From the human T2T-CHM13v2.0 reference genome, Homo sapiens: 64,000 nt of DNA. This document shows positions 25,596-37,814 of the stretch, in pieces; the stretch's first letter is position 1, and every line of letters starts with the position of its first letter. Both the position numbers and the translations under genes were made by a program. The notes beneath the pieces are model-generated. The model was not told where the DNA came from and did no database searches. It saw only the letters and a program-made list of their open reading frames with translations. The stretch lies in the NCBI RefSeq assembly GCF_009914755.1, contig NC_060934.1. The stretch is one strand, 5' to 3'.

Positions 25596-26000
25596 TGATA
25601 TGGTTTGGATCTTTGTCCCCACAAAATCTTATGTCCAAATTTTAATCCTCCGAGTTGGAGGTGGGCCCTGGTGGGAGGTGATTGGATGATGGAGGTGGTT
25701 TCTCATGGTTTAGTGCCATCCCCTCAATGCCATTCTCATGATAGCGAGGGAGTTAGTTATCGCGACATCAGGTTGTTTAAAAGTGGGTAGCACCTTCCCC
25801 TCACTCTCTTGGTCCTGCTCCTGCCCTGTAAGCCATGCCCGCCCACCCTTCGCTTTCCGTCATGACTGAAAGCTCCCTGAGGCCTCCCTGGAAGAAGAAG
25901 CCACTATGCTTCCTGTTCAGCCTGCAGAACTGTGAGACAGTTAAACCCCTTTTCTGTCTCAGGGGTTTACTTTATAGGAATGTGAGAACAAACTAATACA
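25596..26000 (+). mobile_element. MST (MSTB/MSTA-like) MaLR solo LTR
   Basis: TGATATGGTTTGGATC...AACTAATACA, 405 bp, perfect 5-bp TSD ATCCT (25591-25595, 26001-26005). Confidence 0.92.
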
Positions 26001-26384
26001 ATCCTTTAGGTAAAAACTTTGTGTTTCTTTCAGCTCAAATATAGCAGCATGTATGTGTAAGGCCTGTTCTCTTCCTGTATCCATTGTCCTATATTTTTCA
26101 GGCTTAATAACTTTACTTTTTCCATTTATTCAGTATATCTATACTTTCTTCTCCTATTTTAACCCAGGTATCTTCTTTCTTTCTGTGTGCTCAGAAGAGT
26201 CAAGATATATAAAAATACTATATAAAACATAACATTTTAAATTTATGAGTCAGTGTAAACATTTGTCCAGGCTTTGAGTTGGGGTACAAATTAGATTTTT
26301 TTTAATATAAGAGGTATAAGAAGGCAGTAACTTCTTCCAGATGAGTTCTAAATATTTTGTATGAATCAAAAATTACTCCTTGCC

Positions 26385-26617
26385 ATCCCCTACCTCACAC
26401 ATATATAATATACAAAAATTAAATCAAAATGGATCGAAGACCCAAGTCTAAGAACTAAAACTATAAAACTCTTAGAAGAAAATACAGGGACAAATCTTCA
26501 TTGGCATGAAGTTGGCAATGGATACTTAGGTATGACACCAAAGCACAAAGCAACAGAAGAAGAAAACAGATTAGACTTTATGAAAGTTAAAAACTTTTAT
26601 ATATCAAAGAACACTAT
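26385..26617 (+). mobile_element. L1 ORF2 C-terminal fragment (L1M)
   Basis: tacaaaaattaaatcaaaatggatc...aaaactataaaactcttagaagaaaa...atgacaccaaagcacaa; followed by (TG)n at about 26620-26646. Confidence 0.85.
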
Positions 26618-26879
26618 ATTGTGTGTGTGTGTGTGTTTGTGTGTGTATATATATGCCTTAAAACAGAACAACAAAAAGATGTGTAGTATTAGGATGCCTT
26701 GTCCTCCACATTGTAATGCATGTTTGTTTTCTTTTTAATTCGTTTTTGTTGTTGTTAATGCAAAGATCAAAGGCCTAGGAGTTGGGAGACTTAGGATCAT
26801 GGTTGCAGCTCTGTGGGTAATGAGCAACATGATCTGGGTGATCTTGGAGATCTCCACCTCCCAACTTCCTGCATTCTAG

Positions 26880-27202
<323 letters not shown>

Positions 27203-27504
27203 CATTTGTGCCATTACTTTTACAGCCCACATTTGTTCTAAAAATCTTTGATTCTATTGTTACAAATTTATAAAGGACTTGACCATATTTTTAAGTTGAA
27301 TGGTTCCAGTGAACAAAAATTTCCTGAGCACCTGCATATGTCCTGTACTGCCTCTTAAAATGCGGCATATACTGAGAGGAATGAGACATGGCCTCATCTT
27401 TAAAGTCATTTACAGTCTATTAGAGAAGAATATATAAGCAAAGAGTCACAAACATCTAATCCTACGGCAGCCAAGCAGGGAACAGAAATGAGTGAAACAG
27501 GCCA

Positions 27505-27790
27505 GTGGGGAGGTGGCAAACTGGATAGTACCTGGCTGTTCTAAAGAAAGAAGCTATAACTCAGTTCCAGCCTGTGTTTACCAAGTGGGAATGGGGACTC
27601 ACTGTTGCCAGATATTCCAAATTTCAAAAGAAACTAGAAGTTTATCATTTTATATGAAACCTCCTGTTTAAACAAATTTTTCCTGTGATTGCCAACTGGT
27701 TCAAAAATGCTTAGAATAGTCTTTCATAAAAGCAAAAGATGTTTGCTAGCCACGTAAGTCCTGTGGTCCACCCAATAGTGACTTCTCAAA
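27505..27790. mobile_element. MER102-like hAT fossil
   Basis: gggaatggggactcactgttgccagatatt...aaaagaaactagaa...ttttatatgaaacctcc. Confidence 0.6.
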
Positions 27791-28510
27791 CATGTAATTA
27801 AAATGCTATACATTTAGTGATAGCAATGTGTGCAGAGTTCACAAAGAGTACAAATAGTGATTAACTCGGCTCAGAATGATTTCTAAGAAGCCTTTCTAAT
27901 TACTTTCTAATCACCTCTCAATTCTTTAAGCACTTTTTGTTTTTTTAGAATGAGTAATTCATTCACCCTGGAGAGCTGGATGACGCTGAACACGTCTCCC
28001 TTGTCTGTTAAGTAAATACGTGTTTGGTAAATTCCACAAGTGAGCCTTTGGAATGTGTTTTGACAGTTTTGCCCATTCAGGTTTTCTGCTGCTTCATCTC
28101 CTGGCTTTTTACAGGCTTTATTGAATTGTGAAAAAGGGATGTCCTTCCTGCTGCTCAAGTCTCATTTTATAGGATAGAATGGATTCATTCTCATTTTTGA
28201 ATGGAGCTGTAATTAACATGGTTCCTTTTGTTTAACAACCTCAATTTACATAGTACCTGCTCATTCCAGAGCATCGTTACTGGTAGCACAGCTTCATTGA
28301 CTGATGTCTGAGGGCTCTGGGAATAGTGTTTGTTAATTATCTGCAGCAAACCAGGTAACTAAGGGGAGGTTCTGCTACTATGACTTTGATGAAAGTAGCA
28401 CTGATGATTTTTTTAATTGCTTAATGATAGATTTGATCATCTTAAAGCAAAATAGAATACATACTCAGCTACTGAGAAGGTAGTGTTAAAACATAATTGC
28501 TTAAACACAA

Positions 28511-28558
28511 ACATACACGCACGCAGACACACACACACACACGCGCACGCGCGTGCAT
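28511..28558. repeat. (CA)/(CG) compound microsatellite
   Basis: acatacacgcacgcagacacacacacacacacgcgcacgcgcgtgcat. Confidence 0.9.
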
Positions 28559-28812
28559 AGGCCCTGCATGGTCTTTAGCTATATTTCTTTAAGAATATGT
28601 TAAGTTTACCTTCAGTTGAGATGAATGTATAATTTTTTAAAATAATGTCATCAAGTGCCTGTAAATATTTTATGGTACATAGTAAATGCTAATGTCCTCA
28701 GAGGCCAAGGAGGCTACTGTATGAAGCAGTCTAATGTTGGGGACTTAGGCAAAATGGAAACAATATGATCTGCTTAAAAGCATTTAAATTTCTATTGTTT
28801 TGGGTTTTTTAA

Positions 28813-29213
<401 letters not shown>

Positions 29214-29234
29214 CAAGTTCTAATATTTTAAAGC

Positions 29235-29340
29235 CAAGTGGCACTAAAGATCATCTAGTCTAAGAGTCTCATTTTACATTTAAGGAAACTGAGGCCCAGA
29301 GAAAGGGAATGTTTTACCTAAATTAAACCCCAAGTGAATA
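29235..29340 (-). mobile_element. MIR fragment
   Basis: gatcatctagtc...cattttac...ggaaactgaggcccagaga. Confidence 0.75.
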
Positions 29341-29410
29341 CTTCTTGATTTCTTTCAGTTTGCCTTAAAGACAAAGGAATTTGGAGATCATTTTAGAGTT
29401 GGTTGTATTT

Positions 29411-29560
29411 CTGCATTCTCCAATACAGTGACCGCTAACCACATGTAGGTACTGAGCACTTGAAATGTGGATAGTGCTACTGAGGAACTAAAGTCTTATT
29501 TTATTTTATTAATTGAAATTTAAATAGCCCCATGTGGCTAGTGGGTACTGTGTAATATTG
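29411..29560. mobile_element. MER3-like hAT MITE
   Basis: ccacatgtaggtactgagcacttgaaatgtgg...ctgaggaact...aaatagccccatgtggctagtgg. Confidence 0.8.
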
Positions 29561-29767
29561 CAGAAAGAAACTCAGAAATTAAGGTTTTTATCCCTAATTT
29601 GTTACAGCCTACCTTAAATAAATATGCTACTTTACATAAAACTCAAGAGCCAGTCAACAGAATACTTCTGTTTACCTCCTCTTCATCTTTTGTGCTAGTT
29701 TTCATACATTTCACTTCTGCATGTTATCACTATTTTTATTTTAAACGGTTACTTTGAAAGAATATAA

Positions 29768-30230
<463 letters not shown>

Positions 30231-30580
30231 TGCTTTTATACTTATCCACAGATTTACCATTTCTGATGTTCATCATTCTTTCTTGTACATTCAGGTTTCC
30301 ATCTAGTGTCATTTGCCTTCAGCCTGAATTATTTCCCTTAACATTACCTGCAGCTTAGTTCTGCTGGGTAATATTTTTTGGTTATCAAAGAGTATTTTTA
30401 TTTCATCTTAATTTTTGAAGGCTATTATTGCTGGACGTGGAATAATAGAATGACCTTTTATTTTTTCTTTTAGCACCTTGGAAAGTTGTTCCATTGTGTG
30501 TTTGTATTGTTTCTGATGAAAATTCAGGCTTCATTCTTATTATTGTTCTCCTGAATGTATCTTTTTTTTCTGCTGTTAAG

Positions 30581-30894
<314 letters not shown>

Positions 30895-33800
30895 TAAATT
30901 TATCTTTAGTTTTCAGAAATTGGACTGTGACATGACTAGGTGTGGTTTTTATTTATTTCTCTTGCTCAGAGGTTGTTAAACTTCTTTGATCTGTGGATCG
31001 GCTTTTTACAAAAATACAGATTGGAAAAGTTTGACTGTTAGTTCTTCAGATATTTATTCATACCGTTTTTTTGTCTCTAATAATCTCTTTTTCTGGGAGT
31101 CTAATAACATGTATGTAAGACCACTTGTTATAACCTCACAAGTTATTGATGCTATGTTCATTTTTTTAACTTTTTTTCCTCCTTCAGTTTGGATAATTTC
31201 TATTAACTATGTTCATGTTCAGTGATCCTTTATTCTATAGCGAAGGATATTCTATGTGGTATACCTAGTGAATTAATTTCAAATGTTATATTTTTATTCT
31301 ACAATTTTATTTGGTTTCTTTTTAGAATTTCCATTTGTTTCTTGATAAACTCGTATTTTCACCGATTATGTTTACCTTTTCCTATAAATTCTTTAACACA
31401 ATTATAATAGTTCTAAAATCTTTATGTGCTAACTGTAGTGACTAGGATCTATTGGGATACTCATATAGACTGTATTGTCTCTTGATTATTCTTTTTTCCT
31501 GTTTTTTTGCATGTCACAATTTTATAGTATTCCACACACTGTATAAAAAAGAACAAGGGAATCTGAAATATAACATCCTGGGTTTGTTTTTTTCCGAAAA
31601 CATTTGACACTGTCTTGTATTTAGATAATAGAAGGAGCCGATTCTCCCAAAAGTTGAGTTGGTGCTGAGCTGAAGCTGTAATAAGATTGGATTCATCCGT
31701 GATTAGTGCACTCCCAACCTGTGTTTATGCTTCTTCTTACAAACAAACAAACAAACAAACAAACAAAACATATTGTCAATGTTTGAGCTGGAGTTGGTTG
31801 ATCTGCAGTTGCAGATATTTTTGGGTTCACCTTTAGACTCAACTCTGACGGCGTCTTAAAATATAAGCACACAAGAATGTGTGGGAATATGTGATTTCTC
31901 TTTACTGACGAGCTCCTTCTTTATTCCCTCTTATTTGGCAAATTTGAAGATTTGGGGAGAAATATCAGACCAAGCAATTTGTTTTTGTGTTTAGAGTTCA
32001 TCTAGATTCCGTTCTGTTTTGTAAGCCTACATCATCATTTAATGTTTGACTGATTTCTCTCATCCCTATAAATCCTATCTATGGCAGGCTCATTCTCAGA
32101 GCAGGTACTTGCCCTATATCGAAGTTGGTATCAAAGTTGCCACAACTGTTTGCTCCTACACAAAGTACTTGTTTCTCTCTAGAATTCATCAGAGCTTCTT
32201 TGCATCTACTTACTTCCTCCAGAAAAGTTTAGTAATTATTTTGTCTGGGTTTTTCTTGTTTCCATGGGAATGGTAATTTGCATCTTTCTGTGGCATCTTT
32301 CTACATCGTAACTGGAAGCAGAAGTTCCTCACATGTCTTAGGTTGTCAAATAATGAAAGATGTTGAAAGAACTCTCTTTTCCATTGTGATATTTTTCCAG
32401 ATATCAGAAATTCAAAAGGCTCTTCATGCCTGAGTAACATCAATACAGAGGATAACCTAGCTATTCAGGGCATGATAGCTGAGTCAGTGCCCAGGAAGCT
32501 ATGCTAAATGCCAAAGAGTGACTGACCCAACCACTCCATGATCAGATCCCTCCTGAGAAAGCTGTGTGTCAATCCCTCTGCTTCCTGAAGCAGCACGTTT
32601 TCTACCTTCATTAGACTCCGTGGCCAGAAGTTCCCAAGTCATGTCCAAAATTCAGTGCTCCAAATTGTTAGGAAATATTACTTCAAGGTTTTTCATCTGG
32701 TTGGTGTTCTGCAATACATATATGAAAACACACGCTTCAGCATAGCTCTTTTGCAGAACTCCTGCACTTCACAAAAGTCCTTATATGCAAACAATAGTTG
32801 TGTAACTGTGAATGTCTTTTATCTGCTACTAAAATTGTTGGTGAAGTTTTCAAGTACCAGAAGATAACCTTACCTTCTCTTAGTTCTTTAAAGACCCAAC
32901 TTGCTGTTTTCACTTTTTAAAATAATTCGCTGGATACCACATTCTTAACAAAGTTTATGAAAAGAAAAATAAATATAGGTGTGCTGAGGAATAATCACTG
33001 TCTTCTGGAGAGTGTCCTGCATATTCCAAATGACTAATTTTTAAAAATGTTTTGAATGTATCAAATGGGACATTTCCTGGTGAATTAGATTTGAGGCTCG
33101 TTCCCTTTCAGCCAGTTTATAACATGATGTGAGCTTCAGTCAGTCCTAACTTCTTATAGAGAATATTTTGATCTGCTCACCTCCGAAATACAGGTCTTAT
33201 AAATTTTTTTTAAAAAAAAGAGTTCATGTTAGTCCTATGTTAGACTTATACTGTTGTTCAGATGGTATTATTATTTTATGAGTGGAGAGACATGATGCTT
33301 TCAGTGATATAAGCTCTTCAAACTAAATCTTATTTTCATGATGTCAGGCCAGTCCTTTAGGAAGTATCTTGCTAGATTTGAAGTTACCTGATTCTTTCTC
33401 AATTTCTTTATGAGGCAGGAAAGTATTCAATGGCTATTGTGTATATCTTCCAAAAGATTGAAAAGTAAAGGAAATGTTAGCCAAAAACCCTTTTGCACGT
33501 GTGTTTCTCTATAAAAAGGGGCTATGGATCAAGGATATGATTGATTCTGGGTAACTGTAAAAATGAAAATTCATTTTATGTGTTTGAGAGCTCTACTCCC
33601 AGGATGATTCCCAGGACCACTGTGGAAAGGAGAGAAGTAGAGGAAGGAGCTCTTCCTTCCAGGAATTCGTTTATCATGCTCATACTGACATAGAGAATTC
33701 CAGCATACACCATCAGTTTTCATTGCCTTGTTATGCTTCCCATTGTTTCTTAATCTCAAGAAGACCCTCGCAGTCAACAAGTATAATATTTATAAAATTT

Positions 33801-35279
33801 ATGATTTCTCAAATTATTTCAAGAGCAGCAGTATGGCTGTTCCATTCTTAAGGCCCTATGGAAGTTAAAGAACTGAAAATTTAAATATCACATCTGCCAT
33901 TGGCTTAGGCCTCTGAGCTTGTGTTCTTTCTATTATGGTGTTTTTGGTGAATGCTTACATCTTCAGTTAAATTATTCAAGAAAAATAAACCTAACGATGT
34001 TTCTAATTATTTAATGAAATAATCGCTAAACCCAAGATAGTCTATATTTAAAAAATCCCCTCTAATTTGTTGTCTTGTTTTGTTTTGGTTCAACTAGAAG
34101 AGTGGGCCCCACAGTGGGGGAAAAAAAAAAAAAGCCCACATAAGTTTATTCACATGAATTTTTTTTCATTCCGTAATAGTAATCATTGTGATATATTTGG
34201 CCTGAAATTTTCTATATTAGAGCATTAAAATGGAAGATAGCAAGTTAGAAATGAAAAAAGAATTGTGTTTCCAACAGTGCATGACATTTGGGTGTTACGA
34301 CCGGGATGCATACGCTCTTGCCAATATCTCTTCTCTTGCTAGATGGAGTTAGTACTTGGGATGCTGAGCTATGTCTAGGGAGGCAAGGAGATTGTGGGAG
34401 TGGTTTATAACTCCTGAAAAGACCCAAATCTTTACTTCCTGTTTGTTGATTCCTTCAGTAGCAGACTGTAGGTCCACTCAGAGTAGAGTTTTCCCCTCGG
34501 CGAACCTGATAGAAGGATGAATCTATTACCTGCTTTCTGATGTTGACTTCTCCAATGCTACACTGGATGGGCTTTAAGAGCAAGAATAGGTCGCAAACTT
34601 TATGCATACTTTATTTAATTCTTTTATTTCTTCATTCTTTCCACAGATACTTACAGGGGATATGATACTGGCCACAGACACAATAGTAATAACGTATTTC
34701 CTCTTCATTTTAGATTACATGTTATAATACCATCAATCTGAACAGGAGAAAATCTGATATAAATAGTATTTTGCTGAAATAATTGCAGTGTTCATGGTGC
34801 TCATATATATTAAAAGTTTTAAGTGAAAAAATGAATTATAATTGCTATATTATGTTGATAAAAGAAATCCAATGGAATAGTAATAACAGTATGACAAATT
34901 TGAATATTGTTGTGCAAGAAAAGAAAAAAATTCAACTTCAGTTGTTTCCTCCTTCTCCATTATTGATATCATCTTCCACTGCTGTGATGCTTCCACTAGG
35001 AGCCACATATCTTACCCAATTTTACCTTAAGGATAAATTGTATGGGGTTAATAATAAAGAGCTGGAATAAGTCTAAGAGGAGCTACTATACTGGGAAAGA
35101 ATGTTAAGAATTTGTATGCTGTCAAAAATATATTTATGATAGTGTATGTAACTGTTTTCTATGAGTTGGATTTTCTGCCATGAAAGGAATATGCAGTGCT
35201 TTTTCTGATGTGCTTTGAAACACAAATTCTTCTGTTAACACTTGTCTGTAACTCTTCTGTAACACTTCTTTAACTGCTT

Positions 35280-35400
35280 GTTCCTCAGTGCTGGCATGGA
35301 AGCTCCATGAGTGCAAACACTTGATGTTGATTCCTGGCCATATCCCTGGCACCTGTACCTGGCACACAGTGGGGATTCAATGATTCTTTGTTGAATGCTC
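35280..35400 (+). mobile_element. L2 3' end
   Basis: aagctccatgagtgca...cctggcacacagtggggattcaatgattctttgttgaatg. Confidence 0.7.
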
Positions 35401-35639
35401 TGAATCTTACATACTGTATCATGACATGCCTTTATATGGTACCCTATAGCTTCCACAACATTTTTACTTAGGCTACCTCATTGGATCATAACATCAACTT
35501 GGTGAGAAAGGCAGGACAGATATTTTATCCTGTGAATAAGATTTTAGCTCAAATGGGCTACAACAAGACTAAGATAGGAGAGTGGCAAAATCATAGTAGT
35601 CCAGTGATGTTCTTATATCAATCAATTATCATTCAATAA

Positions 35640-35872
35640 ATGCTTATTATTGTTGTAGGCTAGTCACTGTGCTAAATATTGTAACTGAATTACCTTATTG
35701 AACTCTTACAACAATCTCATGATATAGTACTATTATTATTATTGTACCCATTTATGGATAAACTGAGGCACAGTGAAGTTAGCCACACAGCTAGTAAGGG
35801 CCAGCACTGGGATTTTGGGTCAGGCAGTGTGAGTTCACAGCCAAAGCTCTCAATGTGGCCTAACTACTGCTC
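35640..35872 (-). mobile_element. MIR
   Basis: cactgtgctaaat...aactgaggcacagtgaagtta...cacagctagtaag. Confidence 0.8.
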
Positions 35873-37033
35873 TATATTTTTAGGGTGTCCTTTAAAAAAA
35901 AAAGTCTAGCAGTGTGCATATATGAGCCAAATAACTACCATGGTGACTTCTTACTAACATCATTAAATTACTTGTTATTATTATAATAGATGCTTGTTTG
36001 AATGCTTATATGTTTATAAGCCAGAGATGATTGTTGTTATAGGTATGAGTAAAGAGACAATGCAAGAGGGAAAAGGAGAGAGAGATGTAGAACAAGGTAG
36101 TCAGATATTGCCAAGATTATAAGAGAGGCATCCTTCTAGTATGGAGTAAGGCACCTCCCAGGTAATGGGGAATGAGTCTGAAAACGATTTATTCAAGGCA
36201 GCTGGTTATTTATGATGTCAAGCCATACCTACTGTCTTCTAAAAGGGTCTACGGCTGGAGAAGAGACTGCCTAGTGTCAACCAAATAAGATGATCATGGC
36301 AAGAGAAAACCTCATTAGAACTCAGCAATGTGACTTTTTAAAGAATGTTCTAAATTGCCTATAACAGTATAAGGGTTTCAAAGTTCTGGGGTGAAAACAC
36401 TGTCTCCAGCATGAGCTCTCTTCAACTACTTGAGAAGAAATGCACCTCACCTTGAGTTGACTCAAGTACCTACAGCCACTGGTAACACGTTAAATGAGCC
36501 CTTGCCTTGAAGAGAGCAAAAGCCTAGAGATAGTTCACTACCAATAAGCTACAGTAGGTGAGCATATGAGGATTACTTATGCAGGGTGAATACACTAAAA
36601 TTAAAATTGTTCTAAATGGAGTCTGACATACATATGCAAAATGAAAGGGGAAAGGGAGAGCAGAATCATTAACATTACTAGTAACCTGTAAAAACCAACA
36701 GCTAAATTCCATGATGACAAAATAGACTAATGGACCTCAGATCTTCTCCACCTTTGCTGATATTTGCTGGAGTGGCCTGGACAAGACATCATCTCTAAAT
36801 CATTATTTTCATGTTGGTTATGTTCTATAGGTCAAATATCTAATTATGCCTAAGATAAATAGATAAATTTATCAAATACTGTTTATATTTTTCAAATACA
36901 TGAATTGAAATATGTGTCTGATGTATAATGCATGCATGCAACTTTAACATTTTATGCCATTTTAGTATTTCTGAGATTTACTCTCATATGCACTCCAAGT
37001 CATTTTTCCTCACTCAAATTTTCTTTTCCGTAG

Positions 37034-37104
37034 AGCAAATTGGTCAGGAGATGTTGGAAAACCTTAGTCATGACAGAGAAAAGATACAGCGAGCACGTGA
37101 AAGA
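37034..37104 (+). CDS. VTI1A: VTI1A internal coding exon, 71 nt (recalled as exon 6), SNARE motif
   Basis: Polypyrimidine tract then TAG acceptor (37031-37033); GTAAGT donor (37105-37110). Translation (E)QIGQEMLENLSHDREKIQRARER matches the VTI1A Qb-SNARE motif as I recall it. Phase 1 in, phase 0 out. Confidence 0.96.
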
Positions 37105-37752
37105 GTAAGTACAATTGATACAGTTTTTTCACATATTCAGTAAATGAAGACATAAATGAAAGGCATTGGGACATAAACAATAGCAATTAGGTAGATATAT
37201 GTGTGTAAGGTGAAAGAGGGTATAAGGTCTGTGGAAAGGAAAAGGAAGAGGGTGAGATGGAGCAAATAGCAGCTGACTCTATGTCCCCATTCCAGAATGT
37301 TCCCAGGTAGGTATTTTATTTACTTCTTATAGAGGAGAAGGTCACTGAGGGAGATTTTGGAGTATGTTCATCTTTTAGAGTGAAAACTATAGAATTATTG
37401 GTGGTCATCTTTCCTCACTTCATTTTATTTTTGTTTATATGTTTTTAGGACTTTGCACATTCATAAGCTGGAGATGAATTACCAAATGTATATGAAACTT
37501 TTTCAGCCTGTGCTTTGCTTTTATGTCCAGTTCTAGTATCCAGCTTAAAGCTCCCAAGATTACCTCTCACGTGTCATTCTCCAAATTTAAGAATTTTCCA
37601 AGTTTGTGTAGCTGTCAGAATGTATTTATTTTTGTGTATTTGAACATTTTTATTGTTTGGATTTTCTATCATGAAATAAATTGTCGCTTGCCATGCACTT
37701 TAGAAATAATCTAATTGCATGAACTTCTGTTTTGTTTTGTTTCTTCTTGTAG

Positions 37753-37814
37753 CTTCGGGAAACAGATGCTAATTTGGGAAAAAGCTCCAGGATTCTGACA
37801 GGGATGTTGCGAAG
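37753..37814 (+). CDS. VTI1A: VTI1A internal coding exon, 62 nt (recalled as exon 7), end of SNARE motif
   Basis: Branch-like CTAAT (37711-37715), T-rich tract, TAG acceptor, AG|GTAAGA donor. Reads LRETDANLGKSSRILTGMLR in frame with the preceding exon across a 648-nt intron. The transmembrane-coding exon is not in the window. Confidence 0.96.

Noticed and set aside
36928-37143. 71-aa ORF as a standalone gene
   Set aside because: Only 37034-37104 is exon; the rest is intronic read-through on either side.
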